Source of the DNA: Lama guanicoe
Lineage: Eukaryota
Direction of reading: 5' to 3'
DNA length: 38,794 nt
Assembly: GCA_013239625.1 (NCBI GenBank)
Contig: MU054187.1
Span: 15,286,974-15,325,767 of the forward strand
Numbering within the stretch: position 1 is the stretch's first letter; each line of letters starts with the position of its first letter. Positions 1-12,795 of this stretch are shown here, piece after piece. A program made the position numbers and the translations under genes. A model generated the notes under the pieces. That model was not told where the DNA came from. It saw nothing but the letters and a program-made list of their open reading frames with translations, and did not search any database.

Positions 1-160
1 AATGCATAGGGGACCACTCCAGGTTGTCTCCTAGGCTTGAGTTCATCATTTGCTTGGATTTTTTGAAGAAAATCAAATCAAGCAATGATTTTGTAATAAC
101 CTCTGCCTTTTTTTTTTCTTTTTCCTTTCATAGACCCTAACTCTATCTTTCTGCTTTAAG

Positions 161-201
161 GCAAAGTAAACTCGGTGGCCTCTCCCTCTCCACCCCTCAA
201 A
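161..201 (+). other. PI15: 5' UTR part of the first coding exon of PI15
   Basis: Branch-point-like ccctaac (135-141), pyrimidine tract and AG at 159-160 precede it. A second candidate acceptor ends at 133. Confidence 0.7.
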
Positions 202-474
202 ATGATTGCAGTCTCTGCCGTCAGCAGTGCACTCCTGCTCTCCCTTCTCTGTGAAGCAAGCGCTGTCGTCTTACTCAATTCCACTGACTCATCCCCGCCA
301 ACCAATAATTTCACTGATATTGAAGCAGCTCTAAAAGCACAGCTAGATTCTGCGGATATCCCCAAAGCCAGGCGGAAGCGCTACATTTCGCAGAATGACA
401 TGATCGCCATTCTTGATTATCATAACCAAGTTCGGGGCAAGGTGTTCCCACCAGCAGCAAACATGGAATATATG
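202..474 (+). CDS. PI15: PI15 first coding exon (aa 1-91): signal peptide, propeptide, furin site RRKR, start of CAP domain
   Basis: ATG at 202 (aaaATGa). Translates MIAVSAVSSALLLSLLCEASAVVLLNSTDSS...ARRKRYISQNDMIAILDYHNQVRGKVFPPAANMEYM, recognised as PI15. Phase-0 donor ATG|gtaaga at 475. Upstream acceptor tttaag| ends at 160. Confidence 0.97.
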
Positions 475-1554
475 GTAAGAGAAATTCTGTTTTCTTTGAG
501 TTCTGGGTGAGGACACTTTATTTAAATTGTATGTTAGACGAATCTAAAGAGCGTTTATAATGTTAAGGGATATGGGGCTTTTTACACCTTTTCACTTAGG
601 GAAGGTTCTTAAGTGCCTGGTAAACAAGGACTAGTCCACCACAGAATTAAAAGGGAGGGGAGAAATCTAATTTTTTTGTGTGAGTTCCATAACCATTGAT
701 GAATCAGATCTTATATAATAAGCAGATAAAGAGTGGGGTATGCTGGCTGATCACATTTAGAAGTTCTGCTTAAAAAAAACTCTCATGAAACTTTTCCTGT
801 GCTTTGTTTATCTAATAGTCATAATTATCAGCTAAAGCATTTCTTGAAAATAATTTTTTTAAATTATAGGTTTTGCATGCCTGATTTATTCTCTGGGTAG
901 GTGTCTCTTCCCTTTCTTGGACAGAGTTCTTCCTGACAGTAATCTATTTGTATTCTCAGAGAACATGCTGACTTTTTCCTCCTTATGATTTAATGCTTTG
1001 TCATTCAGATAACAGTGAAGCCAGCACACTTGTGCACTGTTCCAACTTGCCATGAACACATTCTTTGCTCTCTTTTAAAAATAAAAAATAGGCTCTCTGT
1101 GTTTGCTTAGAAAATTTTTCAAAAGTCAGTATTAAAAGGATAGACGTCTTTTTAAAGTTTATTTTTGGTTTTGAATTTATGTAAGGTTATGATCTAACTT
1201 CCAGCACCTTCCAACAGCACAGCTTGGAGCCTGTTTAAGGCAATGAAGACCACTGATATGGTATTTCTAAGCTGGGGTGGGGGTGGTGGTACCACTAACA
1301 ACTTTGTATAAGTATAAGCACTTTGTATAAGTGCTAATATAAAATTCTGGGATTTCTACTAGATTCTAAATTCATCTATCTTATTTAAAAAAGCTTTTAA
1401 AGTTTGACTAATTGTAGATATCAGTGTCAAAAGAAAAAAATAAAGACTTGTCAAATGTAAGAGAATCATGGTTCATGGACTCTATGAAAGTGCATTTTTC
1501 TATGACTTTTTTAATCAAAGAGGAAAAGAAGATGTCATCAATCCTGGCATACCA

Positions 1555-1790
1555 GGGGCAGTATAGTCTCATGATTAAGGATATGGACTCTGAAATCTAA
1601 ATGCTTGGGTTCAAATCCCAGTCCTGGAATATAAGATGAGTGAATTCATTACCTAATTGTGTTTTATGTTCATCATCTCTAATATGAGGGTAAAGGTGGT
1701 ATCTGACACATAGAGTTGTTACAAGTTGAGGGGAAGGACAGTTAGACCAGAGCCTACAGCAAGATAATGTTCAGTAAACATTAGCTTTTA
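1555..1790 (+). mobile_element. MIR SINE remnant
   Basis: ggactctgaaatctaaatgcttgggttcaaatcccagt...catctctaatatgaggg...cagtaaacattagct resembles the MIR consensus. Confidence 0.7.
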
Positions 1791-2067
1791 TAAGTTTCTG
1801 TTAAATTATTGTGACAGGTACCCAATGAAAACCCAATCAAGATCTAAAAATACAAACAGTTACACTGAACAGGTGTTTCTAGAAGGTGATGTACGGATAT
1901 AGAAAGGAGAGGAACAGACATGTTTTCAAATGTCATAAATTATGAGGGAAATATGCATAAAATGCTATGTGAGCTCAAGAGGGTATGCTATACAGACTGT
2001 GGCTTTAGGGAATACATCCTGGAGGCAATCACATCACTATTAGACTAAGGTGAGGATCAGGACACAT

Positions 2068-2190
2068 TAACTTTGGAGAGGAGCTCATCTGGGTTGAAAT
2101 CTGAACTCGGCGGCTTACTCTGTGGCCTTGTACAAGTTACCTAATGTGCATAAGACTCCATTTCCGTCTCTGTGAAATGGGAAGAGCAAT
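2068..2190 (+). mobile_element. MIR SINE core remnant
   Basis: ctgggttgaaatctgaactc...tgtggccttgtacaagttacctaa...tttccgtctctgtgaaatggga. Confidence 0.7.
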
Positions 2191-2359
2191 TTATATAATA
2201 ACCAATCAATATACGATGCAATTCACTATTTTAATAATATTGAGGGAAGAGGGGACCGTCAAGAGTAAGAGTGGGGGTCAACATAGTAGAAATAGATTTT
2301 AAAAAGCCATATTTTTCTAGTTATATTTTCCCCCACTGATCAAGAATTAATTCATTCCA

Positions 2360-2575
2360 CATGCATTCATTTAATTGTTTCTGTGTGCCAAGGACTTGGC
2401 TAATTGTTTCCACAGATGATCTCATTTGATAGCTCACAGTTTCCCTATGAGGTTAGGGCTGTGATTTTCATTTTACAAATGAAATCCCTTAGTGAGTAGG
2501 CCAAGGTGGTCTTGATAATGAATGGTATCATTGGAAGCAGAATTTAGGTCTGTGTCATTTCAAAGCCCATGCTTG
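2360..2575 (-). mobile_element. MIR SINE remnant (antisense)
   Basis: tgtgtgccaagg...atctcatttgatagctcaca...ccctatgagg...cattttacaaatgaaa...caaagcccatgctt. Confidence 0.65.
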
Positions 2576-2904
2576 TTGAGGAGTATCTTTTCATCTCCTA
2601 GATTTAGCAAATGCTACATTGGGGGAAACTGCTAGAAATGTCAGGCTATCTCTCTTTCCTCCTTTACAATGGCAGCTGAAATCATATAGTATTCATATTC
2701 TATTTGTAATTCCTCTCTTATTATTCACTTTTCAAATATGGGAGCTACTACATATGATTTATTTTGTAAGAATAAGATACAGTGCTGGTTACAAATGCTT
2801 TATAAAGCCTCCTTCACTTAGTAAAGTTAAAGAGAATAGTAGTCAGAATAGTAAGCTCTATAAAGTAAAATAAAACTGTCTCAAATTATCATATAAATAC
2901 TGCA

Positions 2905-3330
2905 TATAGTTCATTCCCACATGTATTTATTCACTTAATATCTATTCAGCATTTTCTGTATGTTAAGCACTCTTCTAAGCACCAAGGATAAATTCGTGAA
3001 ACAATAGACAACCTGTGGCCCCCTGGGTGGGGAATCAGACAATAAATAAATAAATTAATACATAGTATGTTAGACAGTGATAAGATAAATAAATAAATTA
3101 CATAGTATGTTAGAAAGTGATAAGATTATGAAGGAAACTAAAGCAAGCTGAGGTTGGGACATTTGATAGTGTGGTCAGGGACAGGTTCACGGAGGTGTCC
3201 TGGAGGGAAGTGGGGGAGTGAGCCACATTCACAGTTGACAGAAAACCATTCCAGATGGAGGGAAGAGCACAGGCAAAGTCCCCGGGTGGGTGAAAACTGA
3301 CGAGTGCTGTGAGAACAACGCGCTCCATCT
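2905..3330 (-). mobile_element. L2 LINE 3' remnant
   Basis: Reverse L2 tail (ttcattc...tatttattc...gcactcttctaagcac) followed by gggacatttga...agagcacaggcaaagtccc. Confidence 0.65.
3042..3124. repeat. Tandem duplication of about 40-43 bp
   Basis: ataaataaataaattaatacatagtatgttagacagtgataag is followed by ataaataaataaattacatagtatgttagaaagtgataag. Confidence 0.9.
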
Positions 3331-5116
3331 AGCCAACTCCTACGGCTCTCTGAGTAAACTGACCGACTGAAATCATTCACTGGATCCCTGATGCAGACTC
3401 AGAGAAACTTTGAAGAAAGTACAATATAAGAGGTCAGAGCAGGAATGTAAGTGACTTTAACCTTCAGGCCAAGTGAAAAATACAGCTCTCAGTTGGACAC
3501 TGTTAACCTTATTTTAATTTGTTCAACATTGCTTTAGATTGTGAGCAGTTTGAAAGTGAGTTCAGTTCCTAATCTCTACTATGGACCTTGAAAACCTAGG
3601 ACACTTATCTCACTGTGGCTACCAGCCCTGTGTTCGAACTGTCTGCATCAGCAGGTGACATCACCATAGGAGTCTCACAGAAGATGCTCTTCAGCTCAGG
3701 TTCTTCCTAGTTGCACCAGCCTGACTTGCAATCCCCTTCATCCACAACTTTTCTCTCTGAGCCTTTTCCTGTGCCATTTCCTCACCTTCTAATGTCTCAT
3801 CCTTAACTTATTCCAGCATTATAATCCTACCCTTCAAGTTTTATATCAGAATGTTGTGTCCTTTACTAGTATCTTCTGCACTACAACCTTTTTTGATCTC
3901 TCCTTCTTTAGAACAGCTGCATCCCATATGTCTCTCATACTGCTCTCATCAAAATCAGGCATGATACCGTTTTTTGTGTATTTCTTGCAAAGCTCCTAAT
4001 TTTAAGCTTTCAGGGTGCTAAGTCTATGTTTATTCGTCTGTGTATCTCTATTTTCTTGGGAAATTTCTTGTGTATAGAAAATAGTCAACCATCATTTGAT
4101 TAATTTAGTTGAAATCTCTATGAATTGTACATTTATAAGTTGAATCAATTTTGATATTATTATTTATATTTAAGTTTTTCATCATTTATAATAATATTTT
4201 ATCTTGTGCACCTAAAATACAAAATAAGGTTTTCAAAATTCTAAAAAAAGCCCCTTAAAATTAAGTGATGTTATCTTCTTTAAGGACTTGGTCATATCAT
4301 CATGTGCTTGATTAAATTAACTGGGCATAACTGAACACCAGGGTGTTGACATTCATATTATAGTTGTATAATATTTTCCTCGGATATATTGTCTGTGATT
4401 TTAGTAAAAAAATGAACTTTGAAATATTTAATTTTCCAAACATTGTATCCTTTCAAAAAATAATAGTATAGATAGAACTTAAGATATTCAAGTCAAACTT
4501 CTTTACTCTTGGCTTCTGTTCTACAATTAGTTTATTGACAGATTTCCAGAGCTCCTTGGACACCAGCTGCTTTTCATTCTTCCTAAAGGCAACTTAAACC
4601 ATGACTCTAGACCACAAACCACACTAGTTTCTTAGAATAAATATCATCCCTAAAAGAATGAAATAGCAAGACTCACGCATGGAATAAAACTTGTAGGCTA
4701 TTCCCTGAATTCAAGTCAATTGAATAAATAAATTTAGAAAAAGATGGAAGTCCTTCTGTGAGAGGATGAGATCCAAACATAACAGCAATCTTCGTATTTA
4801 AAGTGTAAACAAACAAGAAAAGACAAGCAAGGGGGAACAAAAAAACTAAGCACATAATTTAGTGTAATACACTGCTGCGTAAGACTGATGTAAGAAAAGA
4901 GTACAGAGAAATACCGTGGAGAAGTCAAAGAAAGAAATGATAATCTCTAGTTGGCAAAATCATGAAAGGCTCTCTGGAGGAGGGATATTTGAGACAGACG
5001 CTCAGGAAGGGGTAGGATTGGCTGTTATAGTAGCTAAAGCAATGCATGAACAAAATCACCAGGAGAGAAAAAGCGTAACACATCAGCCATATTTTTGAGG
5101 ATTCTGAGAAAAGATT

Positions 5117-5218
5117 GAGGATTGCTTAATACAAAAGCAATCAGGGAGGCCGAGGAGGTTTTAGAGCGAGGATTGCTAAATACAAAAGCAATTAGGGAGG
5201 CCGAGGAAGTTTTAGAGC
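5117..5218. repeat. 51-bp tandem duplication (48/51 identical)
   Basis: Copies at 5117-5167 and 5168-5218 of gaggattgct(t/a)aatacaaaagcaat(c/t)agggaggccgagga(g/a)gttttagagc. Confidence 0.95.
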
Positions 5219-6699
5219 ATGATCACAGGTACATTTTAGAAAGATGGTGCTGGCAATTGATGGAGTTTAGACTGACAGTGAAGGTGACCTCAGAGGTTGG
5301 CAACCACTGAATCAGCAGTGTCATTCCTTCAGGCAAAGGTAAGGAGCCAGATAACAATACCTACACACAGGGTCAGGTATGAATAGCTAATGGAAGTTGT
5401 TCGTGAGACGTGATAGCAGCCTTCATAGGTGGTTTAGAATGGTGGAGAGGCGGGTGGGAGACAGCGTGAAGACAATGATGGATATGAACTGAACAGCTTA
5501 AAACTGACAAAAAAAATAAAAGTGTAATGTAATTTCAAGAAGCCAAAATAACTGTATTGATAATATGGCCTATTTTCATTTGTTTGGTGCCTGTAATGAT
5601 TATTTGCAGAGCTAAGGGAGTAAGGCTTCCTATACTTTCCTGGAATAGGGAAAAACACTAGTTACCAAGGCACACAAGGCAGTAAAATTACAGAAAGCAT
5701 GACTCAGATGAATGGATGGAGAATAGATTAATCCGTTCTTGGAAACAGCCAATAAACTACTTGCCTATAATCATTTATGACTTAAGAGTAATGAAAAACT
5801 CAGATTTTGTTTATTTGAGCTTCACATGGAAGAGAAGGTAGATAATGCGAACTGCTTTTTCTCTTTACTCAGGAGCTGCCTAAACACTTGCAATGTCTAT
5901 CCTTACCATTTTTTAAAAAAATAAAACCATGGACTGTCCCAGATGGCACATTTCCTCTCATTTGGGAAGGATAACTCAATTTTCTTGTTATAAACATGAG
6001 AAATTTGATGTGTCTAACCTAAATTTTTTCAATGAGTGCTTTTCTGACCACTCGAAAGCCTCCTGAGAACCGCTGCCAGCCGGCAGGCAGTGAGAAAGAC
6101 TGCTGACAGGACGGCATTTCTCCAGCATATTTGGAACTCCACATTCTTGTTCTCCTACATGTAGAACCTTTTAAGTGTTTTGGCTTCAAATGGAGACTGG
6201 GCACATTCTGCAGGAATTTTCTCCCAAGGTGCACGTTGCATAGTATTACTTACTTAGAGCTGCTTACATACGAGGGTTCAGCTCTCCGCTCGCTTGTGGA
6301 GCCAGCTGAAGGTAAGGACATTTTGCCTGTGGTCGTCTTGGATCCAGGCTCTAAGAAGTGCCAGTGTAAAAGCTTTTAACACGGGGTGATTCAGAACATC
6401 ACCATGAGCTGGTAGCGGGAAGAGCTGTGAATCACACACAGGCTACCTACAAGGTGACCGTATTCCTTAGTATCCAACACTGATTTTTTTTTGGTGGCAA
6501 ATGATATTGGACCACATACAACAGTATAGAAAATAATTGTATTATAATCCTGCCCACTGTTTGTGGAGCCTAGCATGATATCTGTCCCACAGAGGACACT
6601 CAGTAAAAACCTGCGGAACAACTGAATGAAGTCTTTCAACTTTAGCCAGGCATTCCCTGTAAAGAGCGCTTGGCTGTGGCACTCTGGTGGGCAAGTCAT

Positions 6700-7480
6700 T
6701 CAGTGTCCAACCACTCATTCCACAGTATTTATTCACATACCTGGCACCGTGCTGAGGGACTCAGTGAGGAGCAAAAAGACATTTTTTGAGGAATTACTGT
6801 GAAGTGGGCAAAGCAGGGAGCTGAATGCGGAAGGGTACTTTGGGATCACAGGGGGCACACCTAGCCCAGACTTGGACTGGTGGCAGAGAGGCAGGGAAGG
6901 CTTCCAGAAGGGAATGATTTCAAGTATTAAATACGAAAAATAAATACAAAGTTATGCAGGCAGGAGTTCGAAGGAGGGAACGTGTCATATAGGTGTGGAA
7001 GGGTGTTCTAAGGAGGTGCATAGTACATTGAAGGCATGGGTAAAATTCACTGTGGCTTGGCTCTAGTGTGTAAAAGGAAGAGTGACATTAATGCAGCTGG
7101 GAAGTCAAGCAGACACTTGTTTGAGTTTTATTCTAAGATCAAGGGAAGTGGTTGAAGATTTTAAACAGGGAAGTTATGTCATTAATTTGCATTTCAGACA
7201 GGTCATTATGGCTACAGATTGAGAAAGAGATTGGAGAGAGGCAGAAGTAAAGGAACAGTCAAGAGACCATCATAATGGTCTGGGTGTGAGATAACTGAAG
7301 CCTCAGTAAAATTTAAGGCCGTAGGGATGTGACAAAATGAATTTGGGGATCAACTCAGTAGGAGTGAGAGATTTACATGAGGAAGTAGAGTGAGGATTTA
7401 TAAGAGGGAGCAGCCAAGGATGATGCCTCCAGTTTTGACCAGAGTGATTGGGTTTCTCCGAGTTGGAGAACACAAAACAC
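6700..7480 (-). mobile_element. L2 LINE remnant
   Basis: ccactcattccacagtatttattcacatacctggcaccgtgctgaggg...gagttttattctaag...aagattttaaacaggg...caaggatgatgcctccagtttt. Confidence 0.7.
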
Positions 7481-9084
7481 AGTGCAGGTTTCTAGTGGTC
7501 AGTAAGTAGCTAAAGGCTTCTCATCCAGGGTACACACCTACAGAGGCTGAAAAATGTAGCTAGTGTGTGGGAGGGAACATTCTTCTAACACAAAGAATTT
7601 TGGATGGGAATATGCTTCAGCAATCAGAACGGACCACTTTTCATAATAGGGGAAGGGTAGTGTCATGGAGACAGCATGGATGGATGATTTTATGTCTGGG
7701 AATCTACTCAAGAATTTTTGCAAGAAAGTTTCATGTATCTTTTTTTTTTAGAGTAAGTGCTGAGACTCAAATCAACATGAATCCACATCTGTTTCAGGGG
7801 TCTAGGTAATCCCTTTGGACCCATCTAGTCTTTGGACACACTCAGGATAAGATTTTCTTAGAAGCTAATCAAAGGACTTCAGAAAAATAGAAGCTGAGTA
7901 GTCTGGCTGGTCTGGTGTCCTGAACAGAGTGTATCTGAAAACCATTTAATAGTCAGTCAATGGCCATTAAATAGTTATGAACTTGAGATGTTTAATTGTC
8001 TATGAGAATTTCCGAAGAATAGTGTGGGAGGAAGGCAGGGACGATAAAGGCTAATAGCGTAAAGTGGTCAAGAGAAATGTTTGGCATAAAATACATCATG
8101 GACTGAGGTTTGGAGGGATGGGATTTCAATGTTTCCAGTCTACATTACCCATAGCATCTAAAGTCAGGTACCAAGCATTTTTTTTGACACAAATATGGAA
8201 GAATGCCCCCAAAGGTTGTGTTTAGATTCAACTTTTCATGACTCTTAAAATTTCACATCACATACTCCGAACTGAAACAGTCCAGCAATGTTGTTTAAGG
8301 ACACAATATTTTTTTTTCCTGCGAAGTGCATCGAATTCACATTTTGTAATTTCATTAAATATGAACATTCTACCAAATCTGTCTCTGCATTCCAGCGAGA
8401 TCATGTTTTCAGCAAGCAGTAGGTAGGCGGAAAGGCATTTGAATTCTTCTGACTAAGTGGGCAATGGTAAGATTTGGGGTTTGCATGTGTATCACAGGAC
8501 AGTTTAACAATTAAGAAATCAGTTTTTAGGTTATTATACCAGTGAGTTGGTGAAAAAAAAAATTAACCATACACGAACATGTCTTCCTGGCTTATAATTA
8601 CAGTATTAAATGATAGCTGATGGGTATTAATTTCCCCAGGAAGGACTATTGCTATAATCTATCAACAAATGGTCTTAACATTAAAAGATAAAATGTTAGA
8701 GAGGATTTAGGGAGGGGAATTAGTAAGTTTTAAAACTTCTGAAGTGCTCTCTAATTTTTATCTTCCGCTGTCTGATGTTATTTTTCCTGGAAGCAAGGTC
8801 TTCATTATCTATACACAACTCTGTTCCTGATTAGTTAGTTGCTTTGGGGTTTATCTGTTTTCACTTTATCTGATTGCCTGCTAAGTTGAGATTAAAGCTT
8901 GAGGGCTCTTAAACTTCAGGCTGCCAGAGAAGCTGATCAAAAGTGCACCTCACATTGCTTTCCACTTTTGGCAGCTTTCTAGTTCATGGACCACCAGCCT
9001 TCCAGTGCCTGATCCTTCAACAACGGTAACATCTACCACGTGCCCTCGAGTGTATACCCTGCCCTAGAGCTGCGTCAGATTCTC

Positions 9085-9250
9085 TTCAATCACTAGCTTG
9101 CCTAGCCGTCAGCACAGTCTTGTGAGATGGGGACGATTTTCCTCATTTAGAGACAGGAAATTTAAAGTTTGGAGAGCATAAGTAGCTTCACCAAGCTCAC
9201 AGCCCAATTAAGTCAAAAGGATGAGAACACAGTTCTATCTGTGCCTTGAA
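9085..9250 (-). mobile_element. MIR remnant
   Basis: tgtgagatgggg...cctcatttagagacaggaaatttaaagtttggagag...ccaagctcacagc. Confidence 0.55.
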
Positions 9251-10674
9251 AAATCGTACGATACACATTCTCCTTCAATGTGTGTATCTCCTGCTCTTGA
9301 GCTCACTGGCAAGGGAATTTCTCCATATGCATTTTATCTGAGGACATCATTGAATATTAGATAGGATTTCTCCATTTGGAATCAAATCTTGCTTCCTGCA
9401 CTCTTTCTAACCTTGGCAACCACAAAGGAAAACTGTGTTATGATAGTGTTTCAAGTCTTTGAAGTCTGTGAGCATCCTTAGACCCTTATCCCCCAGTCAC
9501 CCAGCTCTTCCTTAGCCTACAGCCCTTTTGTGTCACATATGTCTACACACCATCTCTCCCAGACTGTGGCCAACTTAGCCTATCAGGGAAGGTGGCACAA
9601 TGATATTTGCTTTCTGAAAACTCTGGAAAAGGTAAGAAGTTGTGCCATGAAGGAAATGGAAAATCAAGTTACACCCCTTGAGTACTCCCACCCCTTATGT
9701 TAGACGTGCACACAGGAATGGTGCCAGTAAGATCATCTTGGGATTTGCAAGCAGTGTGGCTCTGAGCAAGGAACGCCTTTCACCAGGCTTTGCCCTTGGC
9801 TGGGTTCCAACATTTGTGTGCTTTTCTGACAGTGTGGTGCCTGGAATTGATGTGACCCAGCCAGTGCAGAGTAGCAACGAGAAATTATTCCCTGTTTGTT
9901 CTGCTTCTGTGGATGTATCCTTACGTTAAGTTGGCAGATTACGCAGCATATGCTCCTGTTGAGTCATATTACATTCTCATGAAGTAAGTTACTTGTAGAT
10001 CAAGTGTCTATCTGAAATACAGGTTCAGTACTATTACAATGGAAAGGGATTGCCTTAGTTTAAAAATTGTTTACGCTCCCCCCACCTCAAGATTTTGGAT
10101 TCTCAGAAAACTATGTACATGTTACTTCTGATAGCTCAGTTAATAAAGCCATTTAGAGTTCCCTTGATTTATACATAAGCACCATGAACCTGATCTGTTC
10201 TCTCTGTGTTCATATCCATATAGCCACAGACTACAGGTTCCCTCACCCTGGAACTGTCACTCTCAGGATGAATGATGTTGTCTTATTTGCACAGCAACAT
10301 ACAAGATGGTTTCTTCACCTCTCTCACCCATATTCTGTCTTCCACGAACACACAGAACAAATATCCTCACAGAGCTTAGCAGCCAGTGTCTGTGACAGCA
10401 AGACAGTGTCCTGATGAAATGCTAGGTTTAATTTTATCAAACCTTGGATCAGTATACCAGAGCTGAGAAGAAAGATTCTGATGTAAGTGCTTGTAAGTGA
10501 AAAGTAACTTCCAGAAATGCTCCCTTTTTCCCCCAAGCCTCTCATGTAGTGTGAGTCTTTGGGGGAGAAGGAGTGAATAGGAGTAGGAGAGGAGAGGGGA
10601 GGCCCCAAATGCTCTGCACTCAGAATGACACTCCACCAGATAAGCTTCAGACGATTATTTCTAACCAGAAGGGC

Positions 10675-10815
10675 ACAGAGCCACGCTGTAAGCATACATT
10701 CAAGGTCTCCAACTCTGAAATTTTGATTTGATAGTCCCAGGATTGGGCTGGGCACCTGCCTTCACAAAAAGTTCCTCTGGAGATCCAGGAGTGATCTCCC
10801 AGGTGAGAACTCCCA
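10675..10815. mobile_element. Possible MER5-type hAT DNA transposon remnant
   Basis: ctctgaaattttgatttgatagtcccaggattgggctgggcacctgc...aagttcctctggagat...gtgagaac loosely resembles MER5. Confidence 0.35.
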
Positions 10816-11224
10816 AATGTGCTTTAAGGATATCTTAGATCATGGTTCAGGACACAAAACTGAGCTGAGGAAAATATTCTGTGGCTCAAGTAATTCATTT
10901 ACTTACCAAGAGCTTCTATCTGGAAAGAATTAATATGTTAAACCAAAAGAAGAATTATTCCTGTGATAATGTCCATATCATCACAAAATTTCACTTGAAT
11001 ATTCATTCAGCACTTGTTTTCAGAAAGCATCCTGTGGTCACTGTGGGTGGGCTACCCATGTCTGCAACAAGGATCTTACTTGGGAATATATTTGACTAAC
11101 GACACTTCTTTTAAGTAGTATAGGATTTTTTTGAGCATCTTTATGTAATTGTTTTACATATATTATGCATGCATAATGTATTACATAGTAATGAATTTAT
11201 ATAATACATTATAATTTACAAGTA

Positions 11225-11365
11225 ATCACTTATTTGCTTACTAGTGTTTTTATTGCCTGTCTCATCCCTAAACTTTAAGGCAGAGTCTGTGTCAGTCTTG
11301 CTGACTGTTGAATTCATGGTACCCAGGACGTCCCAATAAATAGTCAATTACTGTCTAGACTAACG
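11225..11365 (+). mobile_element. L2 3' end remnant
   Basis: tttattgcctgtctc...aaggcagagtctgtgtcagtcttgctgactgttgaattc...cccaggac. Confidence 0.55.
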
Positions 11366-12149
11366 AAGTACCTAGGATCCTACTGGTTGATCTGGAAATT
11401 TACATTTCTTGCAATTTCCATTGTTGAAGACAAAGTCCCAGTCCCCATCTGGTAAGTTTGTTGAAAGGAAGTTTAGGACCACGGTAGTTCCAGGGTCACC
11501 CTTTCTTGCCACCAGCCGTGGATATTAAGAGGGAAGACCGCACATCTACATAAGTGTAATTGTGACAATGACACCTCACGTCAGAGTTCATGAACTGTAT
11601 GTGCATCAACCATTTCAATTAGTAGTAGTCATGTTTAATTTGCTCTGCAAGTACTGAACCGTAGAGTATTTTACATTTAAAAAAAAAGCTATTTGGCAAC
11701 GTGTAAAAGTGGATACATTTCACACATATATTAGCATTTCCAGATTATCCTGAGAAGTGGTCAGGTTTATAGATGCTGTGCCAACTTCCATCACTCATGT
11801 CTCTTTCTCTCCATATAATTGTCCAGATTTCAAGCAATAGCTGCACTTTGTCATCTTACGCCCAATACTGTTTTACTCATTTTCATTACTAGACTATCCC
11901 CCAACCCAATCATTTGAGTTTGGTTATATTTACATGGCACTTCGGCATTTTTCAAAGCACTTGACTGAAGCTCAGGTTGAGCCAGGCATAGATTAAAGCA
12001 CTGGAAAATTCTCTCCTTTATTTCCTAGTCACCAATCCTGTTTACATACTCTTCCCTCAAGTTCTGAATATTTTTCTTCTATCCATGCCTTATTTTATGT
12101 ATTAAGGCTTTATATATATGAAACACTCCCTCAGCCAGGCATCTCTTTC

Positions 12150-12764
12150 AATAATCTAGATAACATGATGGTGGCCTCGATCAAGGTGGTGTCAATAATG
12201 GTGATGAACCGTGGTTATATCCTGGATAGACAGGATTTTGATGGTAGGATCAACAAGATTTGCTGATAGAGCATGTAAAGACTACCAAGCAAAGAAAGAA
12301 TGAAAATGACTACTAGATTTTTGGCCTAAGTGGCTACAACAGCCATTGGTAAACTTTTTCTGTAAAGGACCAGCTAGTAAATATGTTCAGCTTTGCAGGC
12401 CTTCTGATCCATGCTGCTACTATAATGCAGGAACAGCCATAGATAACACATGAGCAGGCAATGGGACAGATCTGGTGACCCTTGAACTGAAAGAAAAAGG
12501 ACAGTGCCGTTGCTGAAGGGAAGATGGCAGGAGTAGCTGGTTGGCTGTGGGGCGGGGCAGAGTAGGGGTAGAGTTGTGAATACTGGACCTCAATTTTGGA
12601 CGTGTTAAGCAGAGGCTTGCAGTGGGTAGGTGGATAAAGTAGTCTGGAATTGAGTGGAGAGGTCTAAAGATAAAATTCAGTGTAATACTTCCAGCTTATA
12701 AATGGTATTTCAACCCATGAGACCAGGTGTGATTACCTAGGCAGTGAATATCTATGAAACAGAG

Positions 12765-12795
<31 letters not shown>

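Noticed and set aside
475..510. ORF-track extension VREILFSLSSG after the first coding exon
   Set aside because: It is read-through past a strong GTAAGA donor. PI15 continues at 19348.
3042..5218. Direct repeats considered as a CRISPR-like array
   Set aside because: They are two unrelated two-copy tandem duplications without spacers, in a mammalian intron.
11162..11177. 16-bp palindrome attatgcatgcataat, and a similar one at 23602-23617
   Set aside because: Both lie in low-complexity AT-rich tracts where palindromes form easily, with no supporting context.
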